A stretch of DNA of 64,000 nt from Prorocentrum cordatum. Lineage: Eukaryota. Shown one piece after another: positions 33,739 through 53,159 of the stretch. Every line of letters starts with the position of its first letter. Positions within the stretch are counted from its first letter, which is position 1. The position numbers were made by a program, and so were the translations under genes. The notes below the pieces were generated by a model. It was not told the origin of the DNA and ran no database searches. It saw only the letters and a program-made list of their open reading frames with translations. Location of the stretch: NCBI GenBank assembly GCA_963575745.1, contig CAUYUJ010000049.1, positions 1 through 64,000 on the forward strand, read 5' to 3'.

Positions 33739-34803
33739 TCAAAGAGAGAGTGCCTCGTCGATGGTGTCTTTCAGCGTCTTGCGGAGCGCTTCATCGGGGA
33801 TTTCCTTAAGAGACTCGTGCCACTGAAATTCCCCATCCTTGATAACACCTATCTGATGATCCAAGACAAAAAGTTTTCGAGTCCGAGAGCAAATCACGTA
33901 ACTGTCTGAGCGATCTCCCATTGCCTTTTCCAGTGCACTTGAAACTGTCTTGAACAATTTTGCTGGGCCCCGCTCCTCCTTAGTACTGATTTGTCCACAC
34001 CAGATCAAATTTTCTCAGTACCCAGGAATCTTGAGATCACGGATCGTAGCTGCCGCTTGAAGTCCCACTGTAACCGAGCTCCATTTGATCTCAACGCAGC
34101 TCCCATATCCAAAAGGAGCAACAATATGCGTGGGCTGGGGAACGTCTGCTTTGCGCAGGATCGCCCGCGCCTTTTCCAGAGCCTCCTGCTTTTTGAGATT
34201 CCAGCCCAAGTTAGTGAGAATAAAGATATCTCTATCTGCTCTTGGGGTGCTGGCCCAAGGCGGACCCTTCTTCCTAGAGGGGCCCTGACTAGACTGGCTT
34301 TCCAGTTGTTTGGCTGCCATTTCTGCGCGCAGAGACTTCTGCTCCAGTTCGACCGCCAGAATCCTCTCGTTGAAGGCTTTCTGCACCTCAGTCTCACCTG
34401 CCTCAAGGTTGGCAAGCTTTACTTCGTGGTCGTTGATCAGGGTGACGGCTACTGAGAATTCCTGGGCCAAGGCCTTTTGAGTTCCCAGAACGTCAAGTTG
34501 TAATGAGTCGATACGGTCCTTGATGGGAGCGATCTTTTTATCGAGGAGCGACTCGAGTTGCACCAAAAAACCGTCAGCCCCTGTGGCTGTTGGGGCAGCC
34601 CCTGAAGATATTGTACCATTCTCTCCCAGGCCCGTACCCTTAGCAGAACCCTTGGCCACCAGTGTTCTCATAGCTTTCGAGGCCTCTTGCTGATTTTCCT
34701 TATCTTCGTCTGCCATCCGAGCGTCGTCTCTCAGTCTTTTCTGCTTATCAATATCTAAAGACAAGAGCTTTTGCATAGTTTCTCCAATCTGCAAAGTCGG
34801 CAT
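33739..34803 (-). CDS. LINE ORF1 (coiled coil plus RRM-like domain), frameshifted near 34010
   Basis: MPTLQIGETMQ start, heptad-like region LESLLDKKIAPIKDRIDSL..LEQKSL, then FILTNLGW. Continues in another frame as IWCGQISTKEER to the stop at 33739. Confidence 0.75.
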
Positions 34804-35035
34804 GGCCGAAAGTGTAAGTACGATCCAATAATCCAAAGTTCGATATGGAAAGCGCCCAATTGACAAAACCCAATAAATTCGCGAATTCGCCAAATTGAGT
34901 CGATACCCCACCAATGAGAGTGATATCCCACTGATAAATCTCACCGATTGAACCCAAATTGAACCAATCTCGCTGACCTCGACGAAGACGGAGGCAGCAA
35001 TGGCAGCCGGCGCCCCCCCTCGGCGCCCGCCCCCC

Positions 35036-35083
35036 CTTGAGCCGGCGCTTGAGCCGGCGCTTGAGCCGGCGCTTGAGCCGGCG
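35036..35083 (-). repeat. Four tandem 12-mers CGCCGGCTCAAG at the LINE 5' end
   Basis: Perfect 4x repeat, each unit ending in the SL 3' octamer GGCTCAAG, abutting the TSD. Confidence 0.85.
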
Positions 35084-35257
35084 CATGTGCTGCTTCGGGA
35101 CGAGGTCATGCATGCGGTGGATGACATCCCGCAGGGCGTCCTTGTCGACCTGGCTGGCAGTCGAGGCGAACAAGGAGCGAGGCGAAGTGGCGACGGCCCC
35201 TCGCAGGCAGGCCCCCCGAGCTCGGCCCCCAAAGTGGCCCCCAAAGGGCCAGGACGA

Positions 35258-35353
35258 AACCCGCAGAAGTCAAGCCAGCAGAACGTCCATAAGGCCCGCA
35301 GAAGGCCCCCGCGCCAGAACCCGCAGAGGTCAAGCCAGCAGAACGCCCATAAG
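35258..35353. repeat. 36-bp direct repeat with a 60-bp period, upstream of the methyltransferase exon
   Basis: AACCCGCAGA(A/G)GTCAAGCCAGCAGAACG(T/C)CCATAAG occurs twice. Confidence 0.85.
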
Positions 35354-36179
35354 AGGCCCTCAAGACGGTCTTCCCGCGGTCAAGTCAAATCGCCCCCCCC
35401 CCCCTGGCCGACGTTCGAAGCGACTGCGTGCCACAGCCACATTCATGTAAGGATGCTCGCCCTCCTCGAGACACATCGAGCCCAGTGATGCAAGGCTGCA
35501 AGAGCACAGTCGGACCAAATCGACGCCAGGGAAGCCTGCGTGCGCGCCAAACGGAAGACATTCGATAGCTGCGCCAACTCCGCCCCCACTCTTCTCTACG
35601 CTCCGCTTCCTCTGCACCCGTTGTTTTCACCCAGTGGTCGCGCAGCGGCAAGACTCGCGCATACATCGTCAGTCGAAAGCGGGCGCTGCGCGCGCAATTC
35701 AACGCCTGCACCTGGAAAGCCAAACTCAGGTACCGAACGGCGCTTTGGGAGCGGAGCGTAGAGAAGAGTGGGGGGGAGGTGGATGGGGTGCGAAAGATTG
35801 AGGTTGGGAGGGGGGAGGCGGGACGATCGGAATCTCAATGCGGCCCACTCCTGGCGCCGCGACGAGAAAATGCGGCAGCCCGACCGCGCCCGCGTGCAGC
35901 CGCGCCACAGGCAGGCCAGAGCAGCAGGGTGCCTGGCAGAGCTCGTATTCTAGCGAGCGCCACGAGACAGCGGCGTCGACGTCAAGAAAAGGGCAGGAGC
36001 GGAACGAGGCTATCGGGGTCGAGGTGGGTGAGTCGGTAAAGCCGCCGCTCGACGTCGTCGTCATCGTCACCGAATGCACAGACGCCGCCGGCCAGTCACT
36101 TGGCCTCCGCGAGGGCGGTCTCATTCCCATTGCGGCCGAGGAGTCAAGGTCAGAGTCCGCCTGTGCCCGACGGGTCCCC

Positions 36180-36260
36180 AGGTGGGTACCACGAAGACGA
36201 GCCCAACTCCGCGTTCCAGAAATAGATGTGCCTGAAATCTTCAGAGTAGTACGTCACCCA
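36180..36260 (-). CDS. WW domain exon
   Basis: GWVTYYSEDFRHIYFWNAELGSSSWYPP fits W..(Y/F)(Y/F)xN..(T/S)xWxxP. Confidence 0.75.
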
Positions 36261-36691
36261 GCCGCCCTGATCACGACGACGCTGAAGCACCACCACCCAC
36301 GAGAAAAGCCAACCCGGCCTAGGCTCGAGGGGGGGCTTGGACTTGCGCGTGTCGCGCTCAGGTCGCACCGCCCCCGCTCGCAGTCTGACGGGGCTCGCTG
36401 TTCTCCAGGCAGGCGGCATCAGCATGCCCTCTAGCGGTCCAGGATGTCTTGGAATGTGAGGCCAGCATAATGTGCCCAGCTAGGGCCAAACCTCAGCTCA
36501 ACCTCTGGAAGCACGCGCTCGTGGACGTGCCGGTGGACAACGCGCTGGTGCACCGAGAAGGGCGGACGCCGACAAGACGACGTGAACGGCGATATGGGTT
36601 TCGAAGCAGCCAGGCACATATAGTCGAACGTGATGGGATGGGATGCGATGGGCAGGGACAGGAGGAGCAAGGCGACGAGGGTGGTAGGACC

Positions 36692-37960
36692 TCAGGGCGG
36701 AGGGAGTAGCGGTCTGGAGGCTGGAGGAGGGAGGGGGAGGGCACCACGTGAATCGGCGCCGCTGCAGGCGGCACTGGCGGGTTCTTGTAGGGGATGTGGT
36801 CCGTGCTGCTGCCAGCCTCCGCTTGGGCATCGTCGTCGCCGTCGTTGCCATCGTCGCCATCGTCGTCGACGCTTCCGACTGCGGCGCTGTCGGGGTCGTC
36901 TGCAGCCGCGACGACGACGCCGACGGCGACGACGCCCATCAGCCTGGACAGGGCCGCTCGCGGGCTGCGGCTTGGGCTTCGGCAGCGGAGCAGCCAGCGG
37001 CAATCCGCGCCAGGGTGGCGACATGGACTCCGAGGATGAGGAGGACGCGGGCACCGGCGGCAGCGAGGACACGTGGTAGGGCAACGGCGGGGGCGCCAGC
37101 GGAGACTTGGCCTTCGCCATCGCCGACTGACCAGGGTGAGCTGGGACTGGCGGTGGCATGCCATGGATCACCTTCGCCGGCGGGGGCCTGCCATAGATGA
37201 CGTCCGCCGGCGGCCACCTGACAGGGGGAACGGTCGCTGGCGGCGGCTTGCCAATGTAACGTGCTGCCGCCTGCTGCAGCCACGCTTTGGCTGAGACGCC
37301 TGGCGGCGGCTTCGCGGGCACCATCGTGCCAGGAATGCAGGCGAGCTGCGCCGCTGGCTCGCTAGTGGGCGCGGGCTCTTCTGGTGGCGGCGGCTCCAGC
37401 GGCGGCGGCGGCGGCGCTGCCAGGGCCAGCGGATTTCCAGGCGGCGGGCTTGGGGGATCACCGTCCACGGAGGCTGGCGCGGACGCGTTTACCACCGCAT
37501 CTGGCACCCACGGGTCGGCAGCCCAATGCACGATGGTCCAAGGCGCCCAGCTGATCTCTGTCTGCGCCGCGGTCGCAGCGAACCCCGGCAGCGCCTCAGG
37601 AAGCGCCGCCGCGCTAGCGTCGGCCGACTCGGACGCGGACATGTCGTGCCCAGAGCGGTTCTGTGCCCGCGGGGATCGCAAGTGGGAAGGGCGTGGAAGC
37701 CTGTCTCGAGCCAACGGCGCCTGCGGTGACCGCGGTCGCGTCACCTCCACCTGGATTCCTGGGGCAGCCTGGCGACACGCCGCAAACGGGGCTGCCGAGG
37801 GGACCCGGGGACCTCCTGAGGCGCGTGGACCTGGACCAGGAGCGCCCCAGACGACCTGAAGCCTGGAAAACCTGAACCTCCGGAAGCCTGGAGACCATCC
37901 GCAACCTGAAGACCCCAGCATTGAGGCCCCCACTGTTCTCCTGGACCTGGCACTAGGCAA
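36692..37960 (-). CDS. Proline-rich ORF/exon, probably the same gene as the WW exon
   Basis: 422-aa ORF with PAKPPP/GKPPP/GRPPP repeats; low complexity limits certainty. Confidence 0.4.
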   Translation of the reverse strand: MPSARSRRTVGASMLGSSGCGWSPGFRRFRFSRLQVVWGAPGPGPRASGGPRVPSAAPFAACRQAAPGIQVEVTRPRSPQAPLARDRLPRPSHLRSPRAQNRSGHDMSASESADASAAALPEALPGFAATAAQTEISWAPWTIVHWAADPWVPDAVVNASAPASVDGDPPSPPPGNPLALAAPPPPPLEPPPPEEPAPTSEPAAQLACIPGTMVPAKPPPGVSAKAWLQQAAARYIGKPPPATVPPVRWPPADVIYGRPPPAKVIHGMPPPVPAHPGQSAMAKAKSPLAPPPLPYHVSSLPPVPASSSSSESMSPPWRGLPLAAPLPKPKPQPASGPVQADGRRRRRRRRRGCRRPRQRRSRKRRRRWRRWQRRRRRCPSGGWQQHGPHPLQEPASAACSGADSRGALPLPPPASRPLLPPP

Positions 37961-38657
37961 CCGAGGACCAGGATGCCCCTGTGACCTGGGGACCCCCGCC
38001 CAGGACGCACGCGGCGACCTGGGACGGGTGGGAATGCGAGCGGACGTGGGCCAGGCGGGTCGAGGCGGGGGGCGCCGCGGGGGGAAGAGGAGGAGAAGAA
38101 GGGAGAGGAGGGGGAGAGGGGGGGAGGAGGAGGCGGAGGAGGAGGAGGAGGAGGAGGAGAAGGAGGAGGAGGAGGAGGAGGAGACGGAGGGGAAGGAGGC
38201 GGAGGAGGAGGAGGAGGCGGAGGAGGGAGGAGGAGGAGGAGGAGGGGGAGGAGGATGAGGCGGAGGCGGAGGCAGAGGGGGATGAGAGGAGGAGGGCAGG
38301 GGCAGGAGGGGAAGGAGGGAGAGGGGGATGAGGAGGAGGCTCCAGGCTGGGAGGGCTGCCCTGAGGGGGCATCTGCCGCAGCGAATCGCGCGCCCTCGTC
38401 AGGGCCGCGCCCCGCCTCCTCATCCTCCTGGTCGTCGTCGCCCCCCTCGTCGTTCTCTTCGTCGTCCTCCGCCCCGATCCCCTGTTAGCCGCCCGCCAGC
38501 ACTGCCTTCGCCGCCGCCGCCGTCAACCCGACGCCACCACACGCCCCCGCGCAGCGCCCAAGCGGGCGGGGGCCGCAGGCGGCACGTCCGTGTCCATCGC
38601 GCCCTCGGAGGCCTGCTGGCGGGCGCAGGGGCGACGGCGACCGATGACGAGCAGCGA

Positions 38658-38945
38658 GTTTCTCGTACGAGGGTGTCTCGTACGAGGAGTTTCTCGCACG
38701 AGGGTTTTTGGGGGCTCCGAAAAATGGTCCGCACGAGAAGTTCTCGCACGGACCCGCCCCGAAAATTAATTTCCTGTCCCGGGGCGGTTCTCGCACGAGC
38801 GCACCCCTCACGAGGATCAGAATTCTTTGTATTTTCGGGGCGGGGTTTTCGGTATTATCGGGAGGGGGGGCCGTACGAGAACGTCTCGCACGGTGAGTTT
38901 TCGGGAGCCCCCCGTAAACAACCACAAACGCCCCCCCCGAGAAAC
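38658..38945. mobile_element. Foldback/MITE-like insertion of about 290 bp
   Basis: Ends GTTTCTCG..CGAGAAAC, nested internal inverted pairs (GGGGGCTCCGAAAA / TTTTCGGGAGCCCCC; CGCCCCGAAAAT / ATTTTCGGGGCG) and multiple CTCG(T/C)ACG(AG) palindromic units. No TSD resolved. Confidence 0.7.
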
Positions 38946-38989
38946 GTGCCCCTCAGCCCCGAGCGCGACCCATCCAGGGGCGGGGGGGG

Positions 38990-40770
38990 GCGGCGCCTCG
39001 TCCTCGCTGTCGGAACTGGCGTCTGGTAGCCCGTGAAAGAGCCCTCCCAGCAGCTGCCCGACGGCCTGGACGTCCAGGGGAGCCTGCCGCGGACAGCGGG
39101 GCGGGGCTGAGGGTGGCGCGCGGGCTGAGGGAGGATGAGGGTGGAGAGAGGGTGGGAGCCGCGAGCAGCAGGGCACGAGCAGCAGCGCGGTGGACCTGCA
39201 ATGCGAAAGGTTAGCAGATTTCGAGACGCGGAGGCAGGACGAGGCGAAGGAGGATACGACACCAGGAGCCTCCCGCTGCACCACCGCCTGGCACGTGGGC
39301 GGCACCGCGGGCGTCGCGGTCACGGCTGCCGCGACCAGCGGGCCCGCCGCGGCACCACCCGTAGGTTGAACAGGGGCCGCAGGCGGCGAGGCTGGCGGCG
39401 ACGGCATCGGCTGCGTCGAAGCTCCTGGCGAGGGCATCGGCTGCGTCGAAGCTGCGCTCCGGGAGCTGGGCGACTCTGGGACGTCCCGCAGCTGCGGGCG
39501 AAAGGGCGGCGGCTTGGCCAACCTCGAGGGGAGTTTCAGCCCCAGAGTAGGCGTCTTCACCAGCGTGCCAACGGGGGCGTCTTGGGCAGGCGCCTGCCGA
39601 GGCCGCGGCGTCGCAGGCGGCGAAGCCTGCAGGCGCGAACGAACATCCTCGCCTGCCGTCTGCGCGGCAACGGCATGGCACCGCAGGGCGTCGCCCGCGG
39701 CCAACTCGCGAGCTGCTGCCCCGCCAAACACCCTGACATCAAAGCGCGCGTGGCTCAGGGCGGCCGCCTCGCGCGGGCCCTTAGGGTCGAACTCGCTATC
39801 GGAGACCGCTGCCGTCGCTGGTTCGATCGCCTCCACGCCGTCGGCATCCAGGGCTTCCTCAAGCAATTCTTCCAGCGATCCCTCCAGCGCCAAGCCACCG
39901 CCGCCTGCGGGGACCGCGAGCGGAGCCCCACTGGTGGCGGCGGGGGGCGAGGTAGCGACAGGCTCGCGGCCGGGCGGGGTGTGGGTGCCTGAGCCATCGG
40001 CAGCAGGCGGCGGCGTCGGCGGCGAAGGCTGAGTGCTCGGAATGTCGTCACCATCCACTGCGGCGCATGCATCCCCCTGCGGGGCGATCGAGGTGGCAGC
40101 CACCTCGCCGCGGCCAGACTGACTGTCGCCGCTCAGGACGCCGCTGCAGGCCGCGCGAGCGTCATCACCATGAACCGCACCATGATCTCTACGCCCTCCC
40201 TTGGGCGGGGTGCACAGGGCCGCCTGCTCGACAGGCGGCGGTCCGATCTCGGCGGCAGCTGACAGCGCGACGGCCGCTGGGGGAGGCGAGCCCTGCACAG
40301 CGCAGCTGGGCGCTGCGGGGCCTGCTGCCTCAGGCGACGCCACGCTGGCTGCGGTGAGCCCCAACTGGTCGCAGAGGGCGGCCATTTCCAGGCCAGATCG
40401 GACAACCCCAGGCGATGCCAGAGCGCGGCCTTGGTCGCCCTCGCTAGGCTCCAGGGCCTCAGGGGTATCTTGCCCCATGGCAGGATTGTCGAGTGTAGCG
40501 GGCACTAGAGCATCGGCTGCCTGGGATGCTTGGCCATCGCCCTTGGCCGCCTTGCATTTGGGTTTGCCCGTCCCTCCTTTGGCCTTGGCCTTGCCCTTGG
40601 CTTTGGGGGTGGCTTTGGGTTTGACCGTGGAACTTCCAGGAGCAGCATCTGCCGCACCCGCCGGCAGGGCAGGCGGAGCTGCCGCTGCGTTCGAGAGGAG
40701 CGTCTGCATGATCGATTTGGCCGTGGCTGCCGCCGGCTGTCCAGCGCTCGCAGACGTGCGCGCTGGCATC
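38990..40770 (-). CDS. Ala/Pro-rich uncharacterised ORF with a KAKGKAKAK basic patch
   Basis: 713-aa open frame (38817-40958) that includes an in-frame 186-nt GC-AG intron at 39084-39269. Confidence 0.5.
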
Positions 40771-41433
40771 CAGGCGCAGTGGAATTCCGAACGGCGTGTG
40801 CGGGAGCGGGGGTTCGACAGGAAAGCCTGAACGCAGATGGCTTCCGAACGCGCGCTGGAACCCCAGGAATCAGAACCCCCCCTGGACAGGACATTGCTTA
40901 CAGGTCTCGCAGGATTGCTTCGACTCGGCGGCATCGGCCCCTGGGCCCCGCGGCTCAAGCATCAGCGCGCTGCCCCCCGCCCCCAACGAGGAGACCAACG
41001 TTGGGCCAGGGGCCTCACACCAGGGTTAGGAGAACATCAGGCGGGGGCGGAGAAGAGCAGGTGGAGGAGATGATGAGGAGGGGGGGGGGGGTTCAGACGA
41101 TTGAGGAGGACGAGGGGGGAGGGGGGGGTAGAGGGAGCGGGGAGGGGGCAGTGTCAAGAGGGGTAAGTATACAGTAGTAAGCTAGTAAGTGCATCTGAAA
41201 CTCCTGAGCTCGGACTCAAGGAGGCCCCTTGCAATCTTTTTGGCAACTTCCCACGCAGGCCGGGAGCATGGATCGCCCTCAATCCGTCCGCGGCCTTAAC
41301 ATGCGAGCTGCCCTTCTGGTTCAGAACAGCGAAAAAGGTTTGACAGCGCCCCATCAGCTTGGTGAGATAAAGCCCCCCTGCCCTGATCATCCTGATTGTT
41401 CAACCCCTGAGACGGGACAGCGTCACCATCACA

Positions 41434-49800
<8,367 letters not shown>

Positions 49801-50449
49801 AGGGGCAGCGGGTGTCTTTCCTCCTCCTCCTCCTCCTCCTCCTCCTCCTCCTCCTCCTCCTCCTCCTCTCCTTCTCCTGCTCTGCCCCCTCCTCCTCCTC
49901 CTCCTCCCCCTCATCCTCCTCCTCCTCCTCCCCCATCCGTCACCTCCTCCCCATCCTCCTCCACCTCCTTTTCCTCCTCCTCCCCCTCCTCCCCCTCCCC
50001 CCCTCCCCCCCTCCCTCCCCCCTCCCCCTTCTCCTCCTTCTCCCCCCCTCCCCATCCCCCTCCACCTGCCCCTCGCCCTTCCCCCCCCCCCCCCGACCTC
50101 GCCAAGGGCGGCGTCGTTTCAAGGTCGAGGGGGCCGAGCCTGAGGCAGGGGGCTGGAAGTCCAGGGAGGGAGCAGGGAGCTGGGATGACAGAGGAGAGAG
50201 GCGGGTTTACGACCAGCCCGCCTTCCCCTTCCTGGGGCGGCCGCCGCGCTGGAGGCTGCGGTAGGCCGCGGCCTGGCACAGCTCCAAGGGCCACTCCTTG
50301 GGCCGCCGCCGCCGGCCGTCTTGCCGACGGCGAGCTTTGGGCACCAGCCGCCCGCGGCGCCGGATGCCCAGGCGCCCTCGAGGCAGCGCGCGGTCGCCAA
50401 CCCGCAGCTGCCTTCCGCGGCAGGGACCCCAAACCATCCTGACACCCGT

Positions 50450-50770
50450 GCTATCATCATCACCACCATCACCATCATTACCATCATCATCTTCATCATT
50501 GCCATCATCATCATCATCACCATCATCATCATCACCATCATCATCATCATAATCATCATCATCATTGTCGTCACAAGCATGACCACTATCAACATCATCA
50601 ACACGTACATCAGCAATGTCTCATGAGCGTTATCACCATCATCAACATTTCCATCTGCAGTGTCATCGGCATCATCGTCGTCATCGTTAGCACTGTCAAC
50701 GTCGACATCATCATCATTAACCCCAGCATCACCATCATCACCGCCATCGTCGTCCGTCCTCGTCATCACC
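50450..50770. repeat. Degenerate (CAT)n microsatellite
   Basis: Directly visible. Confidence 0.9.
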
Positions 50771-52107
50771 CCGTCATCGTCCCCCTTCTATGCTTCCACC
50801 GCCGCGCCTGCGGTCGCGGAGCTCCCGCAGGCCGTCGTAGCCTGCGGCCAGGGCGCCAGCGGCGTTGCCCGCCAGCACGCGGGCGCGGGGGGGCTGCGAC
50901 CGCGCCCTCTTGCGCCCCGCTATGGCGGCCGGCGGCGCAGCGGGAGCGCGCGGGAGGGCTGCCAGCGGCAGCGCCCCCCTGGAGTCCCGCGCGACGTCCA
51001 AAATGGACATCTTGGGCAACGCGCACGACCGCCGACGACGACGACGACCCGACGACGGCGAGGGGGTGAGAGAGGGAGGGAGGGAGGGAGAGGCAGCACG
51101 GGGGAGAGAGAGGGACGCAGGGTGTGTGCGGGGGGGGGAAGTGGGGCAGAGGGAGAGAGGGGGGGGGGGAGAATGTGCGAAAGGTGTGGGGAGTGCAGAT
51201 AACAAAATACAAGGGTGAGAGATGAAGTGGCAGTGCTGCAAGGGAAAGAGGGCGGGGCGAAGGGCGGCAGACGGAATGGGGAAGGAGGGCGCGAGGGATG
51301 GTGGAAAGCGGTGCGGGGGGGAGGGGGGGGGGGGGGGGGGGGGGATTTTTTTTTCTCTCGGGAACAGCGAGCCGCAGCACACAACAGGGCACTATTACAC
51401 ACATCGCGCGATCTGGCGCCCACCAGCCGACCGCCGACACAATCGACACAACCACGACGCGGTCGAACGCGCCGTCCCCTTGAGGGTCACCAGCTCCGAA
51501 CACCCCGGCACGTCTCGAGTGGGCAGTCAGCGCTCCTGTACATGGAGCGACCTGCAAACCAGACAAAACCGAGGGGGGGGGGGGATGAGGAGCAGCGGAA
51601 AAAACGGCAGGAGGGGCGCGAGAGGAGGGGGCGGAGAAGGTGGAGGAGGTGGAGATGGATAGGCAACAAGGAGAGAGGAGGAGGAGGATGAGGGACAGGA
51701 GAAGGGAGCGTGGGAGGAGAGGGTGGAGGGGGAGCAGGCCAAGCGACCTGGCGACGCCCAACCAGCCCCTGGGGCGAGCCCGGCTCCCGATGAGCGAAGA
51801 CTGCCGAACAAACCCGAACGGCATGCTTGGCCAGGCCCGCAAGAGCCCTAACAGCCCCCAAAAAAGACCACAAAGAATCCTAACAAACCTAACAGGGTCA
51901 AAGATGCCCTAACAGCCCCCAAAGAAGCACTCTGACAACCTACCCCACCCACCCTCCTCCCCCTCTGAAGAGAAAGCGCCCTCTCCGCCCCTCTAGAGGA
52001 AATGAAAAAACAAGCGCGAACGATGCCAGAGTGCAGAAACACAAAATTGCAAACGAGCAAAACATAGGGACGTCCGCACGAAAACCCACGCGACCCCCAA
52101 AACTTGC

Positions 52108-52134
52108 GCCCAAGAATCGGCGGGATTCTTGGGC
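52108..52134. other. Perfect 11-bp inverted repeat with a 5-nt loop
   Basis: GCCCAAGAATC-GGCGG-GATTCTTGGGC. Confidence 0.85.
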
Positions 52135-53159
52135 ACACTTCCTCCTACTACCGTGAGCACGTGAAAACAATGCGTCATTTATGTAACACGTGTGCATGTT
52201 TTGAAGTGAAGCAGCCACTTCGGGCGCCAAGAGAAGTATTTTGACCAGGGGGCGCAGGTGAAAAAAAAAAAAAAAAAAAAAAACAACATCGGCTCCTACG
52301 GGGGGGTAGCGTAAGCAAAACTTGGCCCTGGGAGGCCGCCCCCTGCGCTGGTGGACGCCCCCAAGACGACGAGAACACGGCCCCGACACCCTCCCCAGAG
52401 GAGGAGGGAAAGGATCAGGAGAAGGGCGCGTGGAGGGGCAGAAGGCGCAGGAGAAAGTGGAGGATGAACAGGAGGAAGAGGAGGTGGATCAGGATGAGAT
52501 GAGGAGGATATGAGAGGAGGAGAACGAGGAGAAGGAAGACGACGAGGAGGGCGGAGAAAGGGGGGTCGAGGCGGAGGAGGGGGGAGACGAAGGGCGAGGC
52601 GGAAGACCAGCAGAAGAGAGTAGGAGTAGGAGGAGGAGGAGGAGGAGGAGGAGGAGGAGGAGGAAGGAGGAAGGAGGAAGGAGGAAGGAGGAAGGAGGAG
52701 GAGGAAGGAGGACGGGAAAAGGGAGGGAGGGAAAGAGGGAGCGAGAAGCAGGGAGGGGGGGAGGGGGGGGGGGGGGGGGGGCGCAGGGAGGGAGGGACGG
52801 AAGGAGAACAAGGGAGGGGAGCATGACAGGGGGGGAGGGGCAGGCGAAGGAGGAGGACGGCGGGCAAGGGGGATGAGGAGGGAGGAGGAGGGGAAGGAGG
52901 AATGAGGAAGGACGGATACAGCAGACATGAAAACCTAAGCAAGCGGACACTGCAAACGCGGACGCCAGCCGCTCGAATGCCAGGCAAGCGGGCGACGCAA
53001 CGCATCAAAGGCGGGGCGCCGCACGCGAAACGCAAACACAAACGGCCACGCCGACGCATGCGACTAGAAAAAACAGCTCTTACCGTAAACAACTGGACAA
53101 CGTCTCAGATCCGCGCCACTTTAACAGCATTACCAAATAATATTTGGGAGATCACAAAT

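Larger units (their letters stand above)
26126..35082 (-). mobile_element. Full-length non-LTR retrotransposon (APE + RT LINE), 8957 bp, with about 4.6 kb of 3' cargo
   Basis: ORF1 plus APE/RT ORF2, a 3' (CAT)n tail at 26126-26150, and a 7-bp TSD GCATGTG at 26119-26125 and 35083-35089. Excision restores the host reading frame. Confidence 0.88.
23356..35173 (-). pseudogene. Multi-exon C5 cytosine DNA methyltransferase (DNMT5-like MTase domain), interrupted by a LINE
   Basis: Motif I LRAGTG|FSGSD (spliced across GC-AG intron 25817-26070), FRCEK, LFGDM, motif IV AGFTC (about 25219-25233), motif VI VENL (about 25074-25085), motif VIII EYGSPVKRIR (about 24600-24630), and motifs IX/X RLVTGE..GF..LVGNAYS (about 23415-23525). 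Removing the LINE restores DLVPKQH-MPSLLAGVASGGLRAGTG in frame. The true start and some splice sites are unresolved. Confidence 0.85.

Noticed and set aside
40825..40960. SL-like words near the 713-aa ORF start
   Set aside because: Matches are short or weak and on opposite strands; compatible with chance.
52261..52283. A-tract as a retrocopy poly(A) tail
   Set aside because: No TSD or upstream ORF identified.
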